Below, one piece after another: positions 50,878 to 61,005 of a DNA stretch of 64,000 nt; position 1 is the first letter of the stretch; each line of letters starts with the position of its first letter. Below the pieces are notes generated by a model that was given only the letters and a program-made list of their open reading frames with translations, made no database searches and was not told the DNA's origin. A program made the position numbers and the translations under genes. The stretch is from Candidatus Latescibacterota bacterium (GTDB lineage: Bacteria > Latescibacterota > UBA2968): positions 2,400,001 through 2,464,000 of the forward strand of contig OZ242010.1 in NCBI GenBank assembly GCA_965204745.1, read 5' to 3'.

Positions 50878-51534
50878 TCAAAAATTGACCGTGAGCGCGG
50901 CGCGGAGCCCTTTGTCAGGCGTGGGCGCGATACTCAAGTTGAGGCGTTGCGGCGGCACTTCAACCCATTTCTCGGATTTTGTTGCAACACCAATGAGAGT
51001 CGAGAGAAGACATAGAGATACAGCTCCACCCACGCCGATAACGAAGAACGCCGCTCCTCGTCCCAGTCCTAGATCTCCACTATCTGGAGTTTTCACTGTA
51101 GTGCTCACTACAAGCAAAAAAGTCAATCCAAGCCCAAGTCCAAAGCCAAAGCCTTTGCCCGCGTTTCTCCGCCGTCCCATGCTGACTTCAAGGTTGGTGA
51201 TTGAAGACATGGGCACTTGATACAATGTCTGTCCATCTTGGGTCATGACTGTGTTGGCAGTGATTTCGCGTAGTTGGGGCCAAGGCATCCGCGCCAGTTT
51301 AAGAACGAGCGTGTCTCGATTCATTTTTACGACCTCGCCAATGATTCGCCTTTTTGAGATGACCGGGGCATGAACACGCACTTTGGCGTTGGGTGTCTTG
51401 ATTCGTTGTATGGGAGTCTGGTTGACCTTTGTACTTTGCGAGTCTGCGGTAGCCTGCGCGAGCGCAGGGGCCATCGCATTGATCACGAGGGTTGCAGTGA
51501 CAAAGATGGCGATAGATTTGGTGATGGTGTACAT
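50878..51534 (-). CDS. Array paralogue 8, short type I
   Basis: Start MYTITK; ends ALTVNF. Confidence 0.8.
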   Translation of the reverse strand: MYTITKSIAIFVTATLVINAMAPALAQATADSQSTKVNQTPIQRIKTPNAKVRVHAPVISKRRIIGEVVKMNRDTLVLKLARMPWPQLREITANTVMTQDGQTLYQVPMSSITNLEVSMGRRRNAGKGFGFGLGLGLTFLLVVSTTVKTPDSGDLGLGRGAAFFVIGVGGAVSLCLLSTLIGVATKSEKWVEVPPQRLNLSIAPTPDKGLRAALTVNF

Positions 51535-51568
51535 GGGGGTTCTCCTTTCTGTGAGGTTTGAGAGCCGG

Positions 51569-52414
51569 TTAGAACCACAACGTGGCGATTGCCGATACGT
51601 TGCCATTGCGGTCTGGCGCGAGGCCGATTGAGAACCGGCGTGACCGAAAGGGATTTGATCGCTCGGACATGATGATCGATCCGATGGTAGCCCCAAAGGG
51701 CGAGACAACAATAAAGGCTGCCCCAACATTTCTACTGGTGACACTTCCGATTAACACGCCTGCCCCCGCGCCCAAAAGGCTACCTACCAGCGTATTGAGA
51801 AACCGATCATCAGGATCAACTATGCTCATGCCGAGAGGACATCCGATGATGTAGCCAGCCGAAGCACCTGTCAGGAACACAGCTATTTTCCCCCATCCGC
51901 AAAACGTCTCACCACTTTCACACTTGTCCAGAGGAAGCACCGCGCCCGTCCCGGCCAAAAAACCCAAACTGATACCTGCCAAAATACCAGCGGTCAATTT
52001 GCCGCCCACTCCCGTATCCCTGTTGAACAACCCTCTTTGACGACTCTCCTTGCCCAGGATGTATCGGGCGCGCTGAAGTTGGCTTGGATGCTCGCAGACG
52101 ATCAAAACGTCAATCCCATTCAATGGGATTTTCTTCTGCCAAATACCCCGGCGAATCGTCAGTTCGGTTTCATCCCTCGCTTGGACGAATCCTTCCACTG
52201 TTTCAATTTTGCCATTGTCTTTGCGATAGGTCACGCCGACGTAGCGGCCCTTGGCAACGACCACTCGCCGGGCGCGTTCACCGATAAACCGCTCAACCCC
52301 TGCAATCACCTCTGCGGGCGCGTTGTTCTCTGTCTGCGCGAGCGCGGGGGCCATCGCGTTGAGCACGAGGGTTACGGTGACAAAGATGGCGATAGATTTG
52401 GTGATGGTGTACAT
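51569..52414 (-). CDS. Array paralogue 9, type II
   Basis: Start MYTITK; ends SAIATLWF. Confidence 0.8.
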   Translation of the reverse strand: MYTITKSIAIFVTVTLVLNAMAPALAQTENNAPAEVIAGVERFIGERARRVVVAKGRYVGVTYRKDNGKIETVEGFVQARDETELTIRRGIWQKKIPLNGIDVLIVCEHPSQLQRARYILGKESRQRGLFNRDTGVGGKLTAGILAGISLGFLAGTGAVLPLDKCESGETFCGWGKIAVFLTGASAGYIIGCPLGMSIVDPDDRFLNTLVGSLLGAGAGVLIGSVTSRNVGAAFIVVSPFGATIGSIIMSERSNPFRSRRFSIGLAPDRNGNVSAIATLWF

Positions 52415-52659
52415 GGGGGTTCTCCTTTCTGTGAGATTTATGTGCCGGTTAGAACCGCAGGGTGGCAATCGCTTTTGAGGGCGCGTTTTTGTGGATATTT
52501 CCATCGCCATTTCCATTGGCAGAGTTGCGTTCCAACAGAAATGGCGATGGATTGAGAGACGACTGAGTACGCGGCGTCTCATCTCCGGAAACAGCGGCAA
52601 CACTCACAACGAGCAGGGTAAAAGTTGCGGATAATATTTTCCTGGAAGCCTCCCTCGTT

Positions 52660-53649
52660 TCAGGCCACTGGCTCTTGCATTTCCGTACGTTTGGTGCGCG
52701 AGCCGAGCAAGAGCATCACCAAGCCTATTTGCATCCAGAAAAGCCTGCGTATCCTGCGGATGATGCCCACGGCCAGGCCCATGCTCGGTTGCAAGCCCAT
52801 CAAAGCGAATAGGAACACATGCCCGCCTTCAAAAACGCCCATCCCGTAGGGCACGAAGAAGAACGCGGTGTTGATCGCGATCAGCAATGCGTGGAACAAA
52901 TACGCGGACGCGAGCGGGATCGGTTCGCCGAGCACATGGAGAATCGCGTAGATCTCCAGCGTGCCCAGGCCCCAGCCCAAGAGATGCAAGCCCAGCAGGC
53001 CGGACAACCGCCACTTGTTCAGGCGGTAAAACGCGGCCAAATTGCGGTCGATTTCCTCTGCGCGGGGCCGGTATCGCTCCAAAAATCCGAGTCGTAAGCG
53101 CGACAACACATCGAGCAGGCCGGCAAAGGGATTTCGCCTTTGCTTCACAACCGTGAAACCGGCCCACAGCACAGAGACCGCCAAAATGGCGATCAACCCC
53201 GTGCGAACCTCTGGCGGAAATGCAAATCGCTGCAACCCGGTCGCCACGCCCCCGAGCACGAAGATCAACCCGCCGATCATTTCCCCGGTCTTGTTGATCA
53301 CCAATGACGACACCCCTTGGGACGCGCGCATTTTCTTTCGCAGCATAACCGCTTTGGCAATTTCTTTGCTAACCTGCGACGCGGGCGTGGCATTGCCCAG
53401 GGCCTCGCCGACCAGTTTTACCCACAGCAGTTGCCGCAATCGCGGCCTTTCCGCGCTACACGCAAAACACTTTTGCCACACATAGACATGATTGACATAG
53501 CCCATCAGGGAGATGCCGATCACCGGAAGATAGCCCCAGCCCATCATCAAGACGTGTTGCCACACCTCGATGGTGCTGAGTTGGTGCAAGAGCACGCCCA
53601 GGCAAATCAGGCCGAGCAGCCAGAGCAAGACATAGGTTTCTCGTTTCAT
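52660..53649 (-). CDS. Lysylphosphatidylglycerol synthase TM / flippase-like domain protein
   Basis: Polytopic; GEALGNATP, FFVPYGMGVFEGG, IIRRIRRLFW. Confidence 0.8.
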   Translation of the reverse strand: MKRETYVLLWLLGLICLGVLLHQLSTIEVWQHVLMMGWGYLPVIGISLMGYVNHVYVWQKCFACSAERPRLRQLLWVKLVGEALGNATPASQVSKEIAKAVMLRKKMRASQGVSSLVINKTGEMIGGLIFVLGGVATGLQRFAFPPEVRTGLIAILAVSVLWAGFTVVKQRRNPFAGLLDVLSRLRLGFLERYRPRAEEIDRNLAAFYRLNKWRLSGLLGLHLLGWGLGTLEIYAILHVLGEPIPLASAYLFHALLIAINTAFFFVPYGMGVFEGGHVFLFALMGLQPSMGLAVGIIRRIRRLFWMQIGLVMLLLGSRTKRTEMQEPVA

Positions 53650-53801
53650 GGTGTTCTCCTTAAAATTGCCCCGCGCAACCCCTCAACCCCTCGTCCGCCC
53701 GTGCGTGCCCGTCCCGTCCACCTCTCCGCCCGTGCGTTCCCCACCCTTCCGCTCGTCCGCTTGTGCGTTCTCTATCTCGCTCTGCCCTGCCATTGATTCG
53801 G

Positions 53802-54437
53802 CTATTCTTGGTATGACAACCTCTTAACCGCTGTGATCACTGGAATGCCTCGGATGACGCACAGGGCGACGGTCAGGTACGTGGCGGTTAGGGCGATGAA
53901 CTCAATCGGGAACGCGGCGCTTTGTTGCGCTTGTGCGGCGTTGAGGATGAACAGCGCCTCAAACGCGATCACCTTGGCAATGCCGTACGCAGCGCGACTC
54001 GCACGGGAGGCGACCAACGCATGGCCGATCCGCGACTGCATCATCGACGCCTCGCCAAAGGCGGTGAGACCGCGGGACAGGGCATAGCTGCGGATCGCAT
54101 CGGTGACAAAACCCCGGCTGAGCACCACGAGCGGCACCCAAAGTGGAATCAGATGCAACCACGCAAACACCACCCACCACACGTTTTCCGCGATGCGGTC
54201 GCCCACGATGTCCAACAAGCCCCCGATCTCGCTCTCGCACCCCAGTCGCCGCGCCGCGTACCCGTCCAACCAATCCATCACCAGAGCGGCAAGGGCAATG
54301 GGCACGGCAACCCACGCGAGCAGCGCGTTCCCGGTCACGGCAAACGCCGCAGCGAGAAACAGACACACCACGCGCCCGGCGGTAATCAAATTGGCAACGT
54401 GGCGTTGCAGTGCGAATGTCCAGGTGAGTGTTGACAT
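53802..54437 (-). CDS. CDP-alcohol phosphatidyltransferase
   Basis: ANLITAGR, DWLDGYAARR...GGLLDIVGD; GAGGAGG RBS. Confidence 0.9.
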   Translation of the reverse strand: MSTLTWTFALQRHVANLITAGRVVCLFLAAAFAVTGNALLAWVAVPIALAALVMDWLDGYAARRLGCESEIGGLLDIVGDRIAENVWWVVFAWLHLIPLWVPLVVLSRGFVTDAIRSYALSRGLTAFGEASMMQSRIGHALVASRASRAAYGIAKVIAFEALFILNAAQAQQSAAFPIEFIALTATYLTVALCVIRGIPVITAVKRLSYQE

Positions 54438-54492
54438 GTCGAGCCTCCTCATAAAAAGCTGAGAACCATTTCCATCTCACAACGCGGTAAGC

Positions 54493-54607
54493 GCAAACCC
54501 CGTGCCAAAGCCGTTTCGCCCGAAAACCGAGGATTTCCATCGTTTTTCACGCAAAAACCACCCGACTGCTGCAACCCCAATATTGCACCTGCAACCCAAT
54601 TCTTGCA
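54493..54607 (-). promoter_or_regulatory. sigma54 promoter with two upstream activator-like palindromes
   Basis: TGGCAC-GGGGT-TTGC (54507-54493); TGCAA-N8-TTGCA twice at ~54570 and ~54590. Confidence 0.7.
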
Positions 54608-54699
54608 TGCACGCACAAAAAAAGACCCCATCTGAAATCGCTTGTGCGATCTCGGATGGGGCGATGTTTTGATGACTCGATAGCGAAATGTAGCCGCGC

Positions 54700-55713
54700 T
54701 TATCCTTTGATGTATGTCAACATACCGATAATGATCACTGCGACCGCAACGATCAATGACAGCCATTTGATGGTTCGCTCCTGCGCGTGGTGGATATCAT
54801 TCTTCAAATTCGTCTCCACACGCATAACCTGGGCACCCACGCGGTTGATGTCCTCTTTCGCGGTCTTTTCCGCACGCATAATACGGGCATCCATGCGGTT
54901 GATGTCCTCTTTCGCGGTCTTTTCCGCACGGATAACCTGGGCACCCACGCGGTTGATGTCCTCTTTCGCGGTCCTTTCCGCATGCATAACCTGGGCACCC
55001 ACGCGGTTGATGTCCTCTTTCAAGTCAGTCTCCACGCGGTTGATGTCCTCCTTCAAGGTCTTTTCCGCATGGACAACATGGGCATCCACGCGGTTGATCT
55101 CTTTCTTCAAGCCAGTTTCCACGCGGTTGATGTCCTCCTTCAAGGTCTTTTCCGCATGGACAACATGGGCATCCACGCGGTTGATGTCCTCTTTCAAGGT
55201 CTTTTCCACATGGATAACATGAGCCTCCACGCGGTTGATCTCTTTCTTCAAGCCAGTCTCCACATGGCTGATTTCTTCCTTCAAGCCAGTTTCCACGCGG
55301 ACAATCTCCTCCTTCAAGCCAGTTTCCACGCGGTTGATCTCCTCCTTCAGGTCAGTCTCCACGCGGTTGATTTCTTCCTTCAAGCCAGTTTCCACGCGGT
55401 TGATCTCCTCCTTCAGGTCAGTCTCCACGCGGACAATCTCCTCCTTCAAGCCAGTTTCCACGCGGACAATCTCCTCCTTCACGTTCGTCTCCACGCGGTT
55501 AATATTGTGCTCCATGCGCGTAAAGCCCGCGTTCATCAGGTTCATCACTTGCTCGAAGCGATCAATCGTTTGCTCCTCTACGCGGCGAATGTCTTTCGCG
55601 TTCTGCGCGACTTGATCGCCGACGACCGCCCCGTTCTTTTCGATAGCGATGAGCCGCTGATCCTGCTCTGCGAATTTCTGATCGTGTTGCGCGATCTTCT
55701 CTGCATCTGTCAT
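54700..55713 (-). CDS. Bdr/DUF1640-like coiled-coil protein, copy 3, with expanded 11- and 18-aa repeats
   Basis: Same MTDAEKIAQ start and IKWL...TYIKG end; (EEINRVETGLK)n and (EDINRVDAHVVHAEKTLK)n. Confidence 0.8.
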   Translation of the reverse strand: MTDAEKIAQHDQKFAEQDQRLIAIEKNGAVVGDQVAQNAKDIRRVEEQTIDRFEQVMNLMNAGFTRMEHNINRVETNVKEEIVRVETGLKEEIVRVETDLKEEINRVETGLKEEINRVETDLKEEINRVETGLKEEIVRVETGLKEEISHVETGLKKEINRVEAHVIHVEKTLKEDINRVDAHVVHAEKTLKEDINRVETGLKKEINRVDAHVVHAEKTLKEDINRVETDLKEDINRVGAQVMHAERTAKEDINRVGAQVIRAEKTAKEDINRMDARIMRAEKTAKEDINRVGAQVMRVETNLKNDIHHAQERTIKWLSLIVAVAVIIIGMLTYIKG

Positions 55714-55813
55714 GACATATCTCCTTGTGAGATGGTGGGGTGAACTGCGAATGTCTCGACAAGTTTACCCAAACAATGCCCGAAAAGCAAGGTCAAATTT
55801 CGCTTGTTTCAGG

Positions 55814-57211
55814 TCAACGATAAATCCCGGGATCGATTCCCAACTCCTTTAATTTCTGTTGCAATGCTTGGCGTTTCATGCCGATGGCAGGGGCCGTGCG
55901 GCTGATGTTGCCGTTGTGGTGTTCTAGCGCGGCGCGGATGAACGCGGTTTCAAAGGAGTGAACACGCGCTTGTTTTGCGTCTCGAAACGAGAGGCCATCC
56001 CGCCAGATCGGGTCCGTTGTGGCTGCGGATTGCTCGGGAGGTGTCCGCATATCATCGGGCAACAAGTTTTTGTGCAATACCCCGCTGTCCGACAGAATCG
56101 CGGCGCGTTCAATCGCGTGCATCAACTCGCGGATGTTGCCGGGCCAAGGGTGCGTTATGAGTAGCTTCATCGCGTCTGCGGGGATGTCCGTGAGGGTCTT
56201 GACGTGCTGTTGGTTGAAGCGCGCGAGAAAATGTTGGATGAGCAGGGGAATGTCCTCGCGCCTGTCCCGCAAGGGCGGCAGAAAAATATCGACCACTTTT
56301 AATCGGTAGTAGAGATCCTCGCGGAACCGTCCATGCGCGATTTCAGCGGGCAGGTCTTTGTTCGTGGCGCTGATCACGCGCACATCCACGCTCACGGTTT
56401 GCGAACCGCCCAGGCGTTCAAAGCGTTGCTCTTGCAACACGCGCAACAACTTGGCCTGCGTTTCGAGGTGCATATCGCCGATCTCGTCCAAAAACAGCGT
56501 GCCCCCGTCCGCGAGTTCAAACTTGCCCTGACGCCGTGCGGTGGCGCCGGTGAACGCGCCCCTTTCGTGGCCGAACATTTCGCTCTCGATCAACTCGGTC
56601 GGCAGTGCCGCGGCATTGACCGCGACAAAGGGCCGCGCGGTTCGCCCGCTCTGTTCGTGGATGGCCCGCGCGACGAGTTCCTTGCCCGTGCCGCTCTCGC
56701 CGGTGATGAGCACGGTCGCATCGGTGCCGGCCACCTTGTCGATCAGATCGCAGACTTTTTGCATGGCCCGACTGCGGCCAATCAGCAGGCCGAATCCGGA
56801 TCGTTGCCAAATCTCGTTGCGGAGGGCACGGTTTTCCCGGCGCAGGCGCACGGTCTCGAGGACGTTTTCCACCGAGCAACGCAGTTCATCTATGTCGTAG
56901 GGCTTGCTCAAATAATCGTACGCGCCGGCCTTCATCGCCTCGACGGCGATCCGCTCGGACCCGTACGCGGTGATCACGATCACTGGCCGCCTGTCCCCTC
57001 GTTCAGTCAGATGCTTGACCAGGGTCAACCCGTCCATTTTCGGCATTTGAATATCGCAGATGAGCAAGTCGGGATCGTCGGTTGCAATGACCGCGCACGC
57101 GGCCTCGCCATCTTCGGCTTCGACGATGTCACATGATAGCGCGTCGAGGGCGCGTTTGAGCCCGTATCGCGCGGCGGGGTCGTCATCTACGATCAAAATT
57201 TTGTGTTGCAT
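55814..57211 (-). CDS. NtrC-family sigma54-dependent response regulator
   Basis: [46 protein letters not shown], Fis-type HTH; true start MQHKIL. Confidence 0.95.
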   Translation of the reverse strand: MQHKILIVDDDPAARYGLKRALDALSCDIVEAEDGEAACAVIATDDPDLLICDIQMPKMDGLTLVKHLTERGDRRPVIVITAYGSERIAVEAMKAGAYDYLSKPYDIDELRCSVENVLETVRLRRENRALRNEIWQRSGFGLLIGRSRAMQKVCDLIDKVAGTDATVLITGESGTGKELVARAIHEQSGRTARPFVAVNAAALPTELIESEMFGHERGAFTGATARRQGKFELADGGTLFLDEIGDMHLETQAKLLRVLQEQRFERLGGSQTVSVDVRVISATNKDLPAEIAHGRFREDLYYRLKVVDIFLPPLRDRREDIPLLIQHFLARFNQQHVKTLTDIPADAMKLLITHPWPGNIRELMHAIERAAILSDSGVLHKNLLPDDMRTPPEQSAATTDPIWRDGLSFRDAKQARVHSFETAFIRAALEHHNGNISRTAPAIGMKRQALQQKLKELGIDPGIYR

Positions 57212-59289
57212 CAGTTCGCTCCGGGAAGTTGAACCGCGAATACCGCGCCCGATGGGGCCGCGTTTGTCACGGCAATGGACCCGCCCATGCGCTCGATGTC
57301 GCGTTTTACAATCGCGAGGCCCAGGCCCGTGCCCGACGCTTTGGTCGTGTAAAACGGCTCGAAAATTCGGGCCTGATCTGCTATCCCCGGCCCGGTGTCC
57401 GCCACGCGGATTTCTATATATGGGAACGCCTGTTGCGCGGCGATGCTCAGGCGGCGATCCGCGCCCTGGCCTTCCAGTGCTTGGATGCCGTTCAAGATGA
57501 GATTGAAAAACACTTCTTTCAAGTCCTCTGAATCGCCCGTCACCACAAGGCCGTCGGGCACGTCGAGGCGGATCGCCACGTCTTGCCGCTCGGCTTCGTG
57601 GAACAGGATCAGCACCACGTCTTCGAGCACGGCTTTGATGTCGACCGACTGAAATGCCGCGCCCTGCTTGGGTTGGGCGAATTTGAGCAGGCGATCCACC
57701 ACCCGGCTCAAGCGGTCGATCTCGCGCAAGACGACGCTTAGGTCCGCGGCTTTGGGCGCGTCGTTTTGCAAATCCTCGCGCAACACGGTCGCGATGGCTT
57801 TGATCGAACTCAGGGGATTTTTCACCTCGTGCGCGATGCTCGCCGAGAGCAGGCCCAGGCCCGAGAGGCGCTCGGCTTCGTACATTTGCCGCTCGAGTTG
57901 CAACCGCCGTTCCACCAAGCGCGTGTTTTCGACCGCCAATGCGATCTGGTTGCACAAGGTGGTGAGCAAGTCCCATTCTTCAGAAAAAAAGGCCACGCCG
58001 CGCTTCTTCTCTCCCAAGCACAGCAGGCCGACGGGATTTTCCTCTTGCAAGACCGGGATGCAGAGTTGCACGCCTTGCGCGGACAGGATACCGGCCAGGG
58101 CCGCGCCGTGCAATTCCCCCGCGTACAGAGGCCGGCGGTGGGACGACAACCAGCGCACCACGCGCGCTAGCGGCACGCTGTTTTCTGCCCCGCGAAACGG
58201 GATGACCGGCGGCTCAAACCCCGGCAAGCCCCGGCTGGCGATGACCTGCACATTGCGGACGCGCGCTTTCTCGTAGTCGAACACCACCAGCGCGACCGCG
58301 TGTACCTTGAGCACTGCGCTGACCGCGTTGACCACGGACCGCAATCGCTCGTCGAGCGCGTGCGGCACGTTTAGCGTTTGGCTCAGCGCGCCGAGCAGGT
58401 GTTGATACTCGTAGCGCGCCTTAAAAAACAGGCGGTTGATCGCGCCTTGCAACCGATTCTTGACCGGCTGAAACAGGAAGATCAACAGGGAAATCAGCAC
58501 GGCCTCGACGACCTCTTCCCGAAATCCCCTGTCCAAGCGACCCACTTCTTCGGCGACGCGGCGGATGACGAGCAAGTAGATCGTCAACACGATGCCGGTC
58601 AGCGCGGAATAGAGCAACGCGGGATTGACCACGATGCGGAAAAAGCTGTATCGGTAAATGAAATAGCCCAGAATGTACGCTGGGAAAATGGGGGAGAGAA
58701 AGCGCGCCAACCGGAGCGCAGGCCCCAAAACCGGGTGCTGACCGAGCAGATAGGCAACGCCGATGAGCGCGGCGATGCCGACCAACGCAACGCCCATCAA
58801 CCGGTAAAAGGATCGATGGATCGGGGTCTCGGCGCGCGTGGCAAATCCCCGGCAGAGCTGGGCGGAAAACAGCAGTGCCGCTATCGCGTACAGGCCGAAC
58901 CCCACGCGCAGTAGCGGCACTTGAGACAGGTCGAGAAAGAAGATGATCGCGCCCGGCGCGAGGGCCAAGGGCAACGCGACTTGACGTGCGGTGGTCTTGT
59001 GCCCATCGGCAAACGCGAGCACGGTTGCGAGCAGCGCAGAGGGCAAAAAGCCCAGGCCGAGACGCGCCACTTGCCCGGCGTAGTCAACGGCCCCCGTGCC
59101 CGGCGCGGCTTGGCCGATGAGGATGCGGAGCGCGTCCCCGGTGTACCACAGCGCGCCTGCTACGATCAAGACCAACAAGGGCAGGGACGCGCCTTTGCGT
59201 TTGATCGCCGAGGCAAATATGCCCCACAACAACGCGGCGGCAATACCCCCGCCGATGAGCCAAATCGTTTCGTATGGCGATAGGTGCAT
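57211..59289 (-). CDS. Membrane sensor histidine kinase with a GAF domain
   Basis: Multiple N-terminal TMs, IAHEVKNPL, NLILNG, DTGPGI, GTGLGL; TGATG-coupled to the regulator. Confidence 0.92.
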   Translation of the reverse strand: MHLSPYETIWLIGGGIAAALLWGIFASAIKRKGASLPLLVLIVAGALWYTGDALRILIGQAAPGTGAVDYAGQVARLGLGFLPSALLATVLAFADGHKTTARQVALPLALAPGAIIFFLDLSQVPLLRVGFGLYAIAALLFSAQLCRGFATRAETPIHRSFYRLMGVALVGIAALIGVAYLLGQHPVLGPALRLARFLSPIFPAYILGYFIYRYSFFRIVVNPALLYSALTGIVLTIYLLVIRRVAEEVGRLDRGFREEVVEAVLISLLIFLFQPVKNRLQGAINRLFFKARYEYQHLLGALSQTLNVPHALDERLRSVVNAVSAVLKVHAVALVVFDYEKARVRNVQVIASRGLPGFEPPVIPFRGAENSVPLARVVRWLSSHRRPLYAGELHGAALAGILSAQGVQLCIPVLQEENPVGLLCLGEKKRGVAFFSEEWDLLTTLCNQIALAVENTRLVERRLQLERQMYEAERLSGLGLLSASIAHEVKNPLSSIKAIATVLREDLQNDAPKAADLSVVLREIDRLSRVVDRLLKFAQPKQGAAFQSVDIKAVLEDVVLILFHEAERQDVAIRLDVPDGLVVTGDSEDLKEVFFNLILNGIQALEGQGADRRLSIAAQQAFPYIEIRVADTGPGIADQARIFEPFYTTKASGTGLGLAIVKRDIERMGGSIAVTNAAPSGAVFAVQLPGAN

Positions 59290-59667
59290 GATCGGTCTTT
59301 CAAAAAAGTTATGACCCCTCGTCTCCCCGCAATGGGAGGCGAGATGTTCTCCCACTGATGGCTTAGGGACCTATCCCCCGGCCCCGTTATTCGCTTCGCT
59401 CATTGTAGGCTACGCCCGTGCCTACGAGGAAAGGGGAGTAAAGTTCCTTTAATGGCTTCTCGCTCTGGTTGCTCTGATGGCGTTGACCGAGGGCATAAAG
59501 CGATTAAAAATCCCTCACCATTCCCCCTTGTATCTTGTATCTTGGAAGTATCTTGTGAATGGGCTGTTGGGTGGGGACTGACCACTGACCACTGTCTCTT
59601 GCCTCTCCCGTCTTATATCTTTGGACGGGCACGGGGGGGGCACCGCCCCTACGTTTCTATCCTCGCC

Positions 59668-59922
59668 TCTTGCCTCTCACTTCTCACTTCTCACTTCTTG
59701 CCTCTCACTTCTCACTTCTCACTTCTCACTTCTTGCCTCTCACTTCTCACTTCTCACTTCTCACTTCTTGCCTCTCACTTCTCACTTCTCACTTCTCACT
59801 TCTTGCCTCTCACTTCTCACTTCTCACTTCTCACTTCTTGCCTCTCACTTCTCACTTCTCACTTCTCACTTCTTGCCTCTCACTTCTCACTTCTCACTTC
59901 TTGCCTCTCACTTCTCACTTCT
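59668..59922. repeat. Heptamer tandem repeat (CTTCTCA / CTTGCCT)n
   Basis: About 36 heptamers directly upstream of dusA. Confidence 0.95.
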
Positions 59923-59936
59923 GTTGGATTTTCATA

Positions 59937-60911
59937 ATGGCTATTGGAAGCAGCAGGCGATTTTCCATCGCGCCCATGATGGATTGCACGGATCGGCACG
60001 AGCGGTATTTCTTGCGCCTGATCTCCCGCCGCGTTTTGCTCTACACCGAAATGGTCGCCACCGGCGCGATCATCCACGGCGACCGCACGCGCTTGTTGGC
60101 ATTTGATGCGTTTGAACACCCCTTGGCCTTGCAATTAGGCGGCAGCGACCCGGCCGAACTCGCGTTGTGCGCCAAAGTGGGGGAAGATTGGGGCTATGAC
60201 GAGATCAACCTGAACGTGGGATGCCCGAGTGACCGCGTGCAATCCGGGCGGTTTGGCGCGTGCTTGATGGCAGAACCCGAGCGGGTGCGCGACTGCATCG
60301 CCGCCATGCGAGACGCCGTGCGTATTCCCGTGACCGTGAAAACCCGAATTGGCATTGACGACCGCGATTCCTATGAAGAACTGGCGCGTTTTGTCGAGAC
60401 AGTCGCCGAATCCGGGTGCGCGGTCTTTGCATTTCACGCACGCAAAGCCTGGCTACGGGGGTTGAGTCCAAAGCAAAACCGGGAGGTGCCGCCCTTGTGT
60501 TACGACGTGGTCTATCGCATCGAGCGCGAGTTTTCAGATTTGGAGGTGGTGATCAATGGCGGGATTACCTCCCTCGACGCGGCAGCCGCGCATTTGGCAC
60601 ATGTCGATGGGGTGATGATCGGGCGCGAAGCCTATTCAAATCCCTATTTTCTCTCTGACGTGGATCATCGGTTTTTCGGCGACGCCCGCGCCATACCGTC
60701 TCGGCACGAAATTTTGCAGGCATTTTTGCCTTACGTGTCCGATCAACTCGCCCGCGGCGTTCGATTGCATCACATCGCACGGCATCTCACGGGCTTGTTT
60801 GCCGGCGTGCCGGGTGCAAAGACCTGGCGACGCCATCTCGGGGAAAACGCATCCAAAACCGGCGCGGGAATCGAAGTTCTAAAATCCGCAGCGCGTGCTG
60901 TGAATCCATAA
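59937..60911 (+). CDS. dusA: tRNA-dihydrouridine(20/20a) synthase
   Basis: [55 protein letters not shown]. Confidence 0.95.
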   Translation: MAIGSSRRFSIAPMMDCTDRHERYFLRLISRRVLLYTEMVATGAIIHGDRTRLLAFDAFEHPLALQLGGSDPAELALCAKVGEDWGYDEINLNVGCPSDRVQSGRFGACLMAEPERVRDCIAAMRDAVRIPVTVKTRIGIDDRDSYEELARFVETVAESGCAVFAFHARKAWLRGLSPKQNREVPPLCYDVVYRIEREFSDLEVVINGGITSLDAAAAHLAHVDGVMIGREAYSNPYFLSDVDHRFFGDARAIPSRHEILQAFLPYVSDQLARGVRLHHIARHLTGLFAGVPGAKTWRRHLGENASKTGAGIEVLKSAARAVNP

Positions 60912-61005
60912 AATATTCTTGCCCTTGACTTGTTACAACTGTATTCTTAAGGTTACGCACGATGACTATGGGAATGCAGGTTGCGTCGAAGAGGATAATC
61001 ACGCC

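Noticed and set aside
42068-52470. Integron cassette array, shufflon or DGR
   Set aside because: The conserved GGTTAGAA junction does not fit GTTRRRY and no attC hairpin is visible. There is no integrase, invertase or reverse transcriptase in the window, and the variation is not adenine-specific.
57212-57976. N-terminal extension of the 720-aa response-regulator ORF
   Set aside because: It overlaps the histidine kinase in another frame; the real start is the coupled ATG at 57211.
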